This document shows, one piece after another, positions 1 to 14,100 of a DNA stretch of 64,000 bases. A program made the translations under genes and the position numbers. Below the pieces are notes generated by a model. That model made no database searches, was not told where the DNA came from, and was given only the letters and a program-made list of their open reading frames with translations. Location: contig OX597816.1 in the NCBI GenBank assembly GCA_951406725.2, forward strand, positions 106,454,001 through 106,518,000. The letters run 5' to 3'. Positions within the stretch are counted from its first letter, which is position 1. The number at the start of each line of letters is the position of its first letter. The stretch is from Octopus vulgaris (lineage: Eukaryota).

Positions 1-2849
1 AAAAACCCTCTCATCCTCTGAAATTACCAAACCTTGGTATTTATATGAACAACAATGTCTTCAAGTGGCAATATCTATGTTACTCTCCATTCTAGGTTCT
101 AAGTCTTTCTGGGCTTAAGTTGCCTTTCAGTTCTCGAAGTCAATGAAATATAGCGTCAGCTATATATAGAGGTTTCACTCAATCCTCTAAGAGTAATTTG
201 CTGAGCTACTAATTAGGGAATTCCTAAAGACCCAAATCAACAACCCAGTTTTAATTTCTGGTTGAAGCTATTCCATTTCACTTCTGACACAAATGCTATT
301 TCAAAAGCAAAACACCATTACATATTGTCATAATATATACATATTTAATTAAGTATAGTAAAAAATAAATTATTATTACTATCATTATTATTTGGGGCAA
401 TGATCAATTTTCAGCAAATGTAGAGGATGTACTAGTTTCTAATCTCAAAACATATGCCTCAATTTTTGAGGGGAAAAAATGGGAAAAAGCAAACTGTTCA
501 GACTATTAATCTCACCCCACTTTTGTTGCTGTTGCTACTAGACATAAATAGTTCAAATGGTTTTTAATCTGTTCATCATCAGTTGTCATGTATATGTGTA
601 CAGACAAGATTCAAATGTTCCTATCTTCAATTTGTTTGGAGCATGGTGTGGATAAGAGTTGGCTTTGTTTAACTCCATGTCAGCATGGTGGGGCAGGCCA
701 TAATCTAGAGATATTCCAACCACAATCATACTGTCATTTTCCCACCAAGGTTAATATGGAATTACATTATTTAAAATGTCCTCCCAACATCTTTTTAAAA
801 GATGATAGTTTGTGATCTGAAGAGTTGGCTATTTTTAACAACCTGGGAAACTACATAGCGGCTCTCTCTTTGGCTTCTGGATGAGATTGTTGGAAGCTTG
901 CATGAAATAAATGTTTGCAAGTATAATCACAACCTGTGTTTAATATTTCTAACAATGGTAAAAGATTATGAAGTACTGAACTAAATGACTAATGATATTG
1001 AGTTTCATGCATCTATATTCTGAGTTGAAATCCTACTCAGGATTACCTTTACTTTTTATTTCACTGGGCCAATGAAATAAGTTCCAGTAATATTCTATCA
1101 ACTATATTACTATCCTAGAAATGTATGGCTTTGCCCTTAATGTAATAAATCAATTATTATTACTATCAGCATCATTTTATCCAACAATTTCTGCTGTGTA
1201 GCTGCATCAGTCTATCTCTTACATATTTTTCCAATGGGTATCTAACAAATGTGGGCACAACATGGCTAAATGGCTGAGAAGTTTATTTTGGAACCACAAG
1301 GTCATGGATTCAATCCCACAGCTTGGCATCTTAGACCACCATCTTTTATAATTCTCTTTGGTCAATGCAAGCTTTGTGAGTGAAATTGGGTAGAGGAAAA
1401 CTGTGTGGAAGCCTTTTGGATGAACTGTACTTGTAATTCAACAGTACAGCCATTATATCAGTCACAATGATTCTAAGAATTATGTTAATGGCATGCATGT
1501 TGGGGAGGGGAATATTAATTCAATGAACAGATAATTTGATTGAACAACTGAATTTCCATTATCAATTCATACTAAGATCTATTTACTAATTGACAACATG
1601 ATACTTTCATCCAATGAATTTAACCAAATATCAAAGATATTAGCATTGAGCCATTCTGAACAAGTATCAGCTGATTTTACCATTGCCTCTTAGTTTTCAT
1701 TTTGCATTAAGTTAATTCTGGGCAAAACTATGATCAAATATGTTCTAGCATGATTGTTATATTTTTCAGATATCTAGGACAACATTATTTCAAATGACCT
1801 TCACCTTTTTAAAACTGTGAGCGTGACTTGAGGGAGATTTGGCTGCTATTTCTAGCAGACTGAATCACTACAGGCTCCTGCAATGGTTACATGAAAAGCA
1901 AGCAGACATTTTTTTTCCTCCTTCATAATTATTTAATATACTCCACATTTTTTTTCTTCAGGGCTGATTGCCTATATTCATTTTAATCAACTTCACCATA
2001 TCAGCAAATACTTTACTGCATTTGAAAAATTCCCTTGACATTAAATTCCTATTGTACCAAGCCAACCCAATAATATTCTATCACAATCAACTGTCTTGCC
2101 ATTGTTATCTATTAATGTAACAGCAGCAGTGTGGCAGAAATAGTAAGTAGCACTAAACTAAATGCCTTAACAACATCCAATTTTGTCCTGTGTTCTCATT
2201 TTAAATACTGCCATCTCTGCCATTTGTTTTCATCACTCTGGGTAATGATAAATTTTTTTTTTTTAAAGTACCAATCATGTATTGAGGTAGAATCATCTGA
2301 CCAGTACTCATTACCTACATATAGGCTATGTGCAAATAAATATGTCAAAATATATATATTTTTTTTACTTGTTTGTCATTTAACTGTGGCACCACATTGA
2401 AGGGTTTTTTAGTCAAACAAATCAACCCTGGGACTTTTTTAAGCATAGTACTTATTTCATCAGCCTCTTTTACTGAACTGCTAAGTTACAGGGACGTAAA
2501 CACATCAACACCAGTTGTCAAGTGGTAGTGGAGGACACACACACAACAGGCTTTTTTAGTTTCTATCTACCAAATCCACACACAAGGCTTTGATCAGCTG
2601 AGGTAAACCAAAGACATTTGCCTTAAAGTGCCATGTAGTGAGACTGAACTTGGCATCATAAGGTTGGGAAGCAAGCTTCTTACCACACAGCTACCTACAC
2701 CTGCAGACACATACATACATGTATATATATGATGGGCTTCTTTCAGTCTCCATCTACCAAAGCCACTCGCAAGGCTTTGGTTGGCCCAAGGCTATAGTAG
2801 AAGACACTTGCCCAAGGTGCCATGCAGTGAGACTGAACCTGGAGCCATC

Positions 2850-3075
2850 TTCATCATCATTAATGTCCCCTTTTCCATGCCTGTATGGATCAGACAATTT
2901 GTTGAGGCAGATTTTCTACAACCAGATGCCCTTCTTGTCATCAACCCTCACTTGTTTCCAAATAAGCTATTTCCCCCTGTGAATATTTCCACAGAAGGTT
3001 GAAAACAAATGATGTTGCATGTATGACAGTGATATTCACTCATTTACAACTTTCATGCAATGTCAAGACAAGGAG
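2850..3075 (-). repeat. SINE-like family D sharing the RTE 3' tail. Other copies at about 31060-31230, 36500-36680, 40400-40600 and 63810-64000
   Basis: Recurrent TTTTCCATGC...GAGGCAGATTTTCTA..C.AGATGCCCTTC.TGTC.CCAACCCT..CTGTTT. Confidence 0.6.
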
Positions 3076-6000
3076 GCACAAATACACACACGCACACATA
3101 GTGGGCTTCTCAGTTTACATCTACCAAATGCACTCACAAAGCTTTAGTCAGTTCCAAAACTACATAGAAGACGCATGCCCAAGGGGTCACACAGTAGAAC
3201 TGAGCCTGAAACCACATGGTTGAGAAGTGAAACTTAACTGCCAACTGTGCCCGTATCAAATTACTACTAATAATATTGAAGCCAGATAGCAATAGTGTGG
3301 CTGAAATGAAGTGCTGGGCACTATTCTTTGCAGTATTTAATAATGTTTATTTTCATAGTCTGTGTTAAAATCTTACTGAGCTTGACATACCCTTTTTTTT
3401 ATTCCCAATATTGTTAAAATATATACCAGTCATAAGCCAGCTAAACTCCTTCTTTCACAAATCAGTGGTCCCATGCCAATGTGTAAAATCATTATTGTTA
3501 TTAACAAATATTTGAGTTACCATTGACTTATTTGAGCTGGCAAAACATTTAATTTCACTTGTCTTGAAGCAAAAAAAATATCTTTTTTTGCTGCCAAATA
3601 TATCCTCATTATTACTCTGACCCCTACTAACTAGAAAATTACATTCATATACCAGCCAAAATGCAATATTCAATTTAAAGTGCCAACAAATGCATTGACA
3701 GGAACAATAGAGCACTGGAGAGAACTGTGATCAACTTTCTAGGGGTCTATATAATCTACTATACTCTTCCTTACAATGTGGCTTTATAACTATATTAGGA
3801 ATCTGTTATCATCATTATTAGAGTAATGGTGATGGTACAGTGAAAAGCATTTAAAGTTTAGCTTCTCTGTTCTGTGTTTCAATCCTTAGCAGGATTGGTA
3901 ATGTTGATCATCAAAATTAATGAATCTACACACTCAACTAAACTAGTTCTATTTGTATATAATAAAAGTGAATATTTTACAGAAATTAGAGAAAATTAGT
4001 TACTTTATATGAAGTTTGGTGTTTCCTATCTCCTCATTAAATGCCTTTTATTTGTTCATAAAGTACAGCTAAAACAATGATATTAATGCAACTAATTAAA
4101 TCCCCTCCTCTTTATAGAGAAAAAAATGTCCTTATTTCAAGAGAAATAAAACCTCATTGCTTTAATGAAAAACGAACAGTCATCTTTTACAGTCTAATTA
4201 ATTCAGTAATTAACTGCAATTACGACTTTACTATTTTTGAGCCAATGAAGGACCCTCCCCAGATGATTGACTAGCAACAGCCAAATCTCCCATGCACTAT
4301 CATCCTATAAAAAAAAAATGGACACACAGACAGTGTGAGAAAATGGAAGAGAACTCATACAAGAAATTCTTCAGTTTGTGGGGTTTTTTAAAGCATTGCA
4401 ACAGCATCACTGAGAGTATAGTACAGAAATCTTACATGTGCTATAACTTCTTTTCAGACACGACAAACATATTGAGGGGTGTACCCTAACACATCAATGG
4501 CAAATATTTAGGTTCCTAAACTGATAACAAAAACAGCAACAGATAAAGTTAAAGTCCAGATTAGCGATGATTAGTTAAAACTAGTTTAACTAATGAATAG
4601 GGTTGGCATATTAAAAGTTTGGAGTTCAAATTCTGTGACAAAAGGATTTAGGTTTTACTTTTTATTTTATTTAATTTTTATTACTTTATAGCTGATAATG
4701 TAGCATTACTAGCCTAAGATCAACTAGCTCAAATATTATGTATTGACTGATGACAAAACTGACTGCTGTCCCAAACTACATACAGGCCTGCAGAGAGAAG
4801 CATCATCTGAGCACAATTATTTGGTGTCAACAAATGAGAACGGAACCATCAGCTCAATTCTAATTATAGTTTAGCCCCAGGTCAAGCGGACTAAAACATT
4901 TTTTCTTATTTTAGTACAACTCAGTTATACAAACAAGACTAAACATGGAACTGGAAATACCACGTATACTAGTTTACTGAACCCTACCTGTTAAATAGAT
5001 TACAAAAGAATGGTTTAATTTTAACTGCCAACAATGAAAAGAAAACTGAACTAGGTTAGCAACAGAAAACTCAACATACAAGACAAGATAGCTGTATATA
5101 CTCTTGTAGCCTAAAATATCCCATTTTAAGATAAGGTAAGACAATAAAAGAATACTGTTGGAGTAACTTGTGATGTATGTAACCATAAAAACAATGAAAC
5201 CGTTTGTGGCAATAGTTATTTAATTTTGTGTTAATTCTGTTATCCAGAAGAGTACTTAAAGACAGATGTTATCAGTTGTTTTTGGGTTTTTTTCCAGAAG
5301 ACTATATTGTCACTTATTTAAAAACAAAAAGGATAATAATCAGCTTGAGTTTTAGAAAAAGAAAAAAAGGAAAACAAAGACAACTAAAAAGCTATGCACA
5401 GTACAATGATAGCCTTTGCAAGTTATAAATATGTTCGCTCAAACAAACAATGAAACAACAGTGGTATAATGTTCGGAGAATAAATTTACTGTTAACCAAC
5501 ACTTGTAAATAGTCATTCAGTTTAATGTTCCCTAAAGTTTAGTCAAAAACAATGGTGCAACAATTTGTATGAATTAAATAATATTATCACTAGTTTTGTT
5601 AGAACATTGAAAAGATAATACACAATGTCTGGGGAGAGGGTAAAGCTATAAAGAAAGAATCCTATACTAAATAACTTTGGTTTGGAGAGGAGTACAAACT
5701 GGTAGTTATTTTTTGAAGACAAAAGGGCAATATTTATAAATGAAAGGGTTAATATAGTTGATGAAATCAATTCCAGATATATTAACTCAAGAGGAATGAA
5801 AAACAGCTGGCTTTGTGATATGTTTGCTCAATATAATGAGAGGTACTTTACCATTTCTAGCAAATCTGCCCAAAGAGGACTTTAAATATTAAATGACTAC
5901 AATTATCCAGCTACACAATATTTTTTATATCATTGTTTTTCTATTTTTGTTTTCGTCTCAAGGTGTTGATGAGATACTCAGTGCAGAAACTACAAGTGTA

Positions 6001-8739
6001 CCAGCATATTGCTCCTTTTGTTTCACTATATCATATTTAACTTGTGGCTTCTTAAATGCACATGCCAAAGTCATCTTGTAGACTGCCTCACGTATCATAA
6101 GAACATAACATAACCAGAACATAATTAACTGTAGCTTGGAAACAGACTAGGAGATGAAATAAAAATATTGCAGCACCTCATTTATATGGTGTGTATGTGT
6201 CTATATATATATCATCATCATATATATATATATATATATATGCACACACACACATATACATAAAATATCAGGTTGTTTCATTATAGTACTATTAATAGTT
6301 TATCAGCACAAGAAAAATATATGAAAGAAAAAAAATGAAAGGAAATATCAAAAAAGAAAAAAAAAACCTGTTATTATTGTTTACCTTTACTTCCTTAACT
6401 GTTTCCCCCCAACACTGCAGAATAATTATATTCTTTGTATATTAAAGCAGGCACCAACATACACACACCTTCTCCCTAAATCCAAATTAGTAACACTCTG
6501 TGCAACTATATAATCATTAAGTCACAACAGACAACAGATCAAGTGTTACTTGTTTATTTGATTGATTGATTATTATTCGTAGTGGTGGTGAATCTTATTT
6601 TGATACTTGCCACCAAATATACTATTCAACCACTTTATTTGTGTACATATATCACAAAATATATAGTTGGACTGATGCTTTCTTTCATATCTCCCATCAC
6701 TACTCATTAAGAGGTGTTGGGATGGTGAAGCTTCATTTGAATTGTAAATTAATACATGCTGAGAGATACAAGAGCAGTTGAGCAGCAGAAACTGTAAAGT
6801 GCCAAAACATGTAGTATTTTATTACATCTCTTTATGTTCTGAGTTCAAATTCCACCAGGTTCAACTTTGCTTTTCATTCTTCAGCAAGTAGGATGTCAAA
6901 TAAGTACCAGTAACATACTGAGGTTGAATCAATCAACATTTTCAAGGGAATTTGTGGCCTGGTACCAAAGTTAGAAAGCCTCATTGAGAGAAGAATTCAA
7001 GGAAAGTAGAGTACCCAACTAATCTATTAACTCAATGTTTTTAAGTCCAATCACAAGTGGGCTCATACTTTTCTTTTTTTTTCTTCTTTTAATCAACAAT
7101 AATAATTTTTATAACCAATTACCATCACATCACAAAAGATGTTGGCCTGGCACCAATGTTCCCTTTAATTTTTAGTAGTCAGTATGTGCGAAAATCTTAT
7201 GCTGTGTGATATTTTTTTCCTGCAAGAAAAGAATGCACACAGAATGTATAATTATAAATACATTATTTTAAGTAGCTAAGCTCTTACGCACACAATCTCA
7301 TGTGTGCATATTAATTTCTTTTGTAACTGGTGTACAAAAGAATCATGTCTGGCACCTTTTCAAGAGAAATCTATATGTAGTGAAAAGGCCTGGACAGGAA
7401 GCAAGTTCCAGAAATGCAGACTTAAGGTAGAAAGATTATTCAAAGTATTTAGTGCAATATTTAGGAAGTTAAATATATAAAAATGGACAACACGACAAAG
7501 AACAAACAGTGCAACAGGTGTGTGATTAAGTGGGAATGAGAGGGAGCAAGTATGCAAATTCAGTTGGCTGTTGTTTTTTTAAGCCAAGTCAGCTATGGTC
7601 AAGCAGACCTTTGATCAAAGAGAGATTCCAGCTGTAACCATCTTCTTAAGAGAGTAGTGTATGATTTGAGGGAGATTCAGCAACTATTTCTAGCACATCA
7701 AGCAACCATTTAGATGATCTCTCATTGGCTTGTGTAAGTAACAGGTGGTATTAGAAAGGACTCTTAGGGGTTAGTCAGGGATTTAGGGAATGATGAATCT
7801 GTTAAAGAGAGAGGGCGGAAATAGAATTTATAATTGCTAAGTGTGCTGTTTTAAATGTTGGTGATGCTATAGCTATCCAAATATTGTTTTTCAATTATGA
7901 ATGTGATGAAATGACTCCATAATTATCAAGCTACGAAGATGTGAAATAGTGCAAAAAGGATCATATTTAGATTTTAGGTTGTAAAGAAAACATGCAATTA
8001 GGCAATTAATTGGCACCACAAGAGAATTTAAGAAGAAAAAAAAGAGATAATTAGGAAAAAGATGTGGATTTTCAGTAATGGTATCATGAGAGGTTTATGA
8101 AACCTAATAAAATTCAAGCTAAAGACATTAATAGATGGGAAGCTGAGAGTTAAACTCAACAGATTCATAAGAAAAATAAGAACATTTCTTATGATGTTAA
8201 CTAGACAATAGAGAATTTGCCATCAGGATATTGTGCCTCAACATAAGGAACAGAACAATAGAAAGCCAAGGTGTTTATCTCTAAATAAAGAAGATTACAA
8301 CAGTAAATGAAGAGAGCATGTACAAGGAAAGTAAATTATTGAATAGTAGTTTACTGAAGGAAATAAATTTCCACAACAGGATATGAATTCATAATCTGAC
8401 ATCCAAGTGTTTAACATCTACTATCCACTCAACTCTTAGTTATTATCAAGTTTGAAAATAACAGATTTAAAACTGCTTCACAAAACTTGTGACAAGACTT
8501 CAGCTACAGTGGTCTACACTAGCAATAAGATATTCTGGTTTCTACTCGTAACTGACTGATCTTAGGTATGCATAGTTATAGTTAAACATGCACAAGACAG
8601 TAGGAACAATATCCACCATGGATAGTGTGAATAAGGGTGCACATAACCTGAACAGATCATTCAAAGGAATCAGCAATCAATATTCAGACAACTTCACTAT
8701 ATTTTACCATCAAACAAGCAAGCAGATTCCCAGCTTTAA

Positions 8740-8948
8740 CCCTTAAACATTTAAATCAGTCATATCCGGCCTAAATATTCTACCAGTTTTATGGACAAAC
8801 TGGCCTCTCACATGTACTCTACAATGTCATTCTAAAAATAAACAATCAAGCATCAAAATCTTGAGGTTGAGAAATAATGCATGAACATTTCAAAACAATG
8901 TGAATAAATAATTATTACATTTGACAAAATAGTCTGAATGTTAAAGAG
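8740..8948. mobile_element. piggyBac-like MITE, same family, opposite orientation
   Basis: TTAA|CCCTTAAACATT...AATGTTAAAGAG|TTAA; reverse-complement similarity to 10886-11106. Confidence 0.7.
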
Positions 8949-10714
8949 TTAAGAATTTGAAAAGTTTTCTCCAAACAAAATGACAACTACACTGCATATG
9001 TAATTTGTAAGCAGATTTATGAGTAGCTATATTCTCATAAACTATATGAAGAGAGACTTAAATGTTATAAAAATTATTCAATATCACTCCTATTAGACAT
9101 ATAATTGAATGTGATTAGTATGGTTAATATGGAATTTGAAGAATTAGAGTGTCATGCATAAGTAAAAACACTTTAAGAAGGCAGTGTTTCAAGAACTGAA
9201 AGATTAACTGCAATGGTTCAGGCAGAGTTTAAAATAAAATATAATATGCAGTGATAAAGTGGAAGAACAGGTTGAAAAGCTTTGTTCAAGTGAAAGTGGA
9301 ATGGACATGCACAACCATGAGGAATAGGTGAGAGAGTTTCACTGAGGAGTTTATCGATCATTTCAGATCTGTATTAGTTTAGTAAGAGGCTTCATTTGAG
9401 ATCAAGCATTCAAAGTGAATGAATTAAATTGTGGAAGAGTCATGATAGTCATTTATTTCCTATCACAATTAGTAAACAATAACGTCATTGGTTACAAATT
9501 CCCACCTGGCCAATCACTTGTTTACTGACAATGAGTGACAAGGGAATATCTATAACTCCAGATAGAATATTGAAAAGGACTTCATTCAAAGAGAAAGATA
9601 TACACATACATACAATATTTATGGGTGCAGGTAGAGTTATGTGATTAAGAATTTTGCAAACTACATGGCTTCATGCTCAATCCACTGCAATGTACTCTGG
9701 TTAGTGACTTCTATTACAGACATGGATCAATGAAAGGACCATTCCTAAAGACAAGCACTACCCATCCCTGTCTTTAGTGAAACCATTTTGTTGGATGCAT
9801 TTATGTCACCAGGTCTCCAGTCTGAGAATAACTTTCTCCTGCCAGTCCCTGAAACCTTCAAAAGAGCCATGGACATTGCTTTTCTTTTAATTTATATAAG
9901 TGTATATGTGTATACAAGATGACTACAAAGTCTAGATACATAGGTGAAAATGCATATTTTCAATAGCATTTTCAAGTTCAAATGCAATATCTCTATATTT
10001 CTATTTATTTGACCACATTCATTTATCCAGGCTTTATGGTCAGCCTGTAAATAACATCATTATCATCATCATTTAGCATCCATTTTTCATGATGACATAG
10101 GTAAGAAGGTTTGACTGGAAGTTGTAAGCCAGAGAGCTGTACCAAGTTCCAGTCTGATATGGCATGGTTTCTACGACTGAATGCCCTTCCTAATGTCAAC
10201 TACTTCAAGAGTGTAGTGGATGCCTTTTATGTGTCACAAGCATGGGTGTCTATTACATGTCACACACATTCACATCACATACATGCACAAGAGGCTTTAA
10301 CACAATTTCCAGTTATAGTAGAAGACACTTACTCAAGATGCTGTGCACTGGGATATAATTCTCAACAACATAATTGTGAAACAAACTTTTTAACCATTGC
10401 ACTATGCCTATACTCATTTAAAATGCACATACCATTACATATATATATTCACTGCTGTTTATGTTGTGATGGTATTATACAATATAAAGTGTCGAAAAAA
10501 TGTCAGTACATATATACGATCTGATCCCTGACACAATTTACATATATTTATTGATCAGATTACTTTCTTCAGCTCATGGTTAAGAGGATTCACGGTAAAG
10601 TCATCGTAGGTAAATACATTGTGGTAAATACATCACCTGTAATTTTATTGCCTGGTAAATTCACTATAAGATAATTACATCACAATTAAGTACACTGCAA
10701 GGTAATTCTGCCAC

Positions 10715-10748
<34 letters not shown>

Positions 10749-10885
10749 AGTAAAATTTACTGTCTTAAATTTTAATAGCACAGTAAATATGTATTTTTAA
10801 AAAATAGGATTTTAACTAAATTACAAACAAAAAATAAGATTTTTAATAGTTACAAAAAAAGTTAAAATTTACAAACAATATTGAA

Positions 10886-11106
10886 CCCTTTAGTATTCGT
10901 ATTATTCTGCCAAAATTAATGCTTTTTTATCCACACTGTTTTGAACTAATCATGCATTATCTTGTAGCTATGAGATTTTGATGAGGTAGCTGTTAATTTT
11001 TAAAATGATATTGTAGGGCTGGTGTGAGAGACCAGATATGGCCAGTTTGAACATAAAACAGGCAGAATAGTTCTGGCCGGATATGGCCGGTTTAAATGCT
11101 AAAGGG
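10886..11106. mobile_element. piggyBac-like MITE (about 220 bp)
   Basis: CCCTTTAG...CTAAAGGG ends flanked by TGAA / TTAA; multiple copies in the window. Confidence 0.75.
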
Positions 11107-14100
11107 TTAAGAAATTGACTCTAAATACAATTAATTTCATTAACATAAGTTTAAATAAAGCTGACACTATATTAAATTGGCAGAAGTAAGATATCTTCTA
11201 AAAAAAAATTTTAATTTTTAAAAATCAATGAGTATTTTTAATTTATGTACCTTATAACATACCGGGGGCACCATCTTGATGACTTAACTTTTCTTAATTG
11301 CCAGGCAAAGAAATACAGGTAATAACAACTGAAATAGCTATAGTAACTGATTTAACTAAAGAAATTAGAGTTCAATAAGAGTAAACAGTATTTGGGTTGC
11401 AAACTATTTAAAATGTGCATCATAAACACCTTGTTTGGAGGCATATAAGACATTTTTTTTTTAAAGTCTCAAAAAAAATAATTAAGAAAAGCCATCCCAG
11501 GTCCTATAGTGTGGTGTTGGGTTTCCCATAAGATTCAATGCACCAAAACCTTGTTTCCTGAATATGCACTGCTGAAATTGGGTATGTCTTTTATAACATC
11601 AAATACCGTATAACAGAAATGTCTGAGGTTGTATTTACACTGGGAATAAGGAAACTGACAAATTCACCAACAATGTATTTACTCATGACGAAATTATTTT
11701 GAGTTATATTTACTATTAACAGAATTACCTAGTAATAAATTTATTATTTAATAAAATTACAGATAATGTATTCACACACAATTAACTAGGCAAAAATTAA
11801 GTTGTGATATCACGCTTACTGAAACAGTACATAATAGCAAGTGTAATATTTAGGCCAACCCCAGCTCACAGTTGAAGTTATTTTCTGCCACTAAAGAGGA
11901 AGTGAAGTCTCTGTGGTGCGGGGTTTTCACAATCATGTGACTTCACATGGAAGGTAACTGGAGACAAGGAGTCCTTTGCTTGTACAACAAAAGGAAAAGG
12001 GAAGAGTTCATTTATGACAAATGAGACTTCAGGCAGTTTTTCTTTGAAATAAGTAAAAGCTGTGAAAGACTTCATGTCAAATATTAGCAGGGAACTGGTA
12101 CCCTGTAGAAGTTCAAGGGGTTATTTTCTAATCAATCATATGTATTCTCAAGACAGGCAATATGAAGCAAATGTGTAGGAAAGGAGATGTGATATAGTAG
12201 TGATATATGAATATTGAATGAGAAGCAACTGTGAAGGCTGGAGATAGGCAACTTGAGCACAATTTGTTAGATATGTATAATGTTCATTTGCTTGAAAAGT
12301 GCAATGGAAATACTGGATGAAAAAGTAGCATAACTTATCAGTGAAAAATAACAAACAGAGGAAAATAAGACCAAGGAAGAAATAGAACGAAGTAGTGAGA
12401 TCAGATATCAGGCTAGTGGGTTTCGCAGATGAGAATACAAAAGCTCAAAATTCATGACAATATGCTAATTCAAAGGCCTCTACAACTTATGTCAGTATGG
12501 AAACAGCCATCAAGATGTTGATAAGACTATCTACAAGAGGAAAGATAAGGTAAAGGTTCATATAGGAGGAAATGATGATTGTCCTTAAGACAAACAGGAG
12601 AAAAATTCAAATAATGATTGACAGTTGTTGTGGCATTTAGTGCCTCAGATCTGATCAAGCAAACTTATGATCAAAGGTATTCATTCTAGCCACAACCACC
12701 CAGTCTTTTTTCTGTGCAGGGGACCCAAAGTCACATTAGCTAATAGGTCTTTTTGTAAGACAGTTGTGTGTGATTAGAAAGTAGTGTGAGATTAGATGGC
12801 TGCTATTTGTAGCAGATCAAGCAACCATGTACGTGCTCCCTTAATGGCTTGTTGACAGTTATGTTTGTAGCTGAACTTACTGATCTGCAACCAACCACTT
12901 TCACTATCCTTTGTTAAATAAGAATTTTCATATTATTGTAACAGGCTATATATATATTAGATTTCTCAACAGACAATTATTATATATTTTCATTAAATCT
13001 CTGCCAAGATGTGTGTGAGAGTACACACACGTGCATACAAACAATTGTTTATGCATGTATAAATATATATACCACATATCTACACTCACACCCACGTACA
13101 TAAAACAGTTAAATATATGCTTAAATACATCAGCACATGTTCATAAACTTATTACCCATACACATATACATAGAAAATATACTGCCTATACACAGACATA
13201 TCAGTTTCTGATAACTGATTCTAAAAGTTTAAAAAAAGTGCCCTTAAGCCAAACAACATTGTGACCTACTGATGTGAAGAAAGGTAAATGACTTAGAAAG
13301 GATCAAAGTACTGAGCAGCAAAATATGAACAGCAAATTTAACTGTCTTACAGACATCTGAAATGGTTTTTCAGAAGACAGTCAGAAGGGAATTTCCAAAC
13401 TATAAATGGAAGGCTTAATTATATGCCACAGACCTAATTATATATGGTGTACCTATTAAAAGTATTAGATCTAAATCAGTTTAACACCATGATTTGGGCC
13501 TTGGGTACATTCACACAGCCCACTCTTACATTTACATCAAATCTCTAGTTTAAGAACAGCTGCTTCCAACAACAGCAATCCATGTGTCCTGGTTTGCTCA
13601 TCCTTTTCACATTAGTTATGGATGTTGCTCTTCCTTCTCTAAGTCATAAAAGAAGTCAAAGATTTCAATATTCAGGATCCTGTTTACTTAAGCTTCATCT
13701 GCTAAACTGACTCCTATGTAACAGTAAAACTAGAGAGAAAAACTTAAGAGAAAGAAATGTTATTTAATTTAATTTCTTCCTTACCAATCTGTCTAAAACT
13801 GCTCCTATGGATACCAAACTAGCTACCCATCTATATTAAAATGTTTGTATCTTAAAACTTCTAGAATCCATTATTACAGACATGAAAATACTAGATTTAA
13901 ACAGGTAAAAGAGCCACCATAATTTTCAGTTGGAACTTTTCATGAAGGAGTGTTATAAAAACCAGCTTAATATGCCAATACATAACCAATATTAATTAAT
14001 CTTCTCAAATTCCTTTGAAGCATAGAAGCAATCAGTCTTGTTTAGAAATAGAGTGAAGAGTGTAAAAAAAAAAAAAAATATGGAAAAAATCTGGGCTGGA

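Noticed and set aside
5960-6010. TTGATGA...GAAAC hammerhead-like relic
   Set aside because: The core C is mutated and the stems are weak; too degenerate to call.
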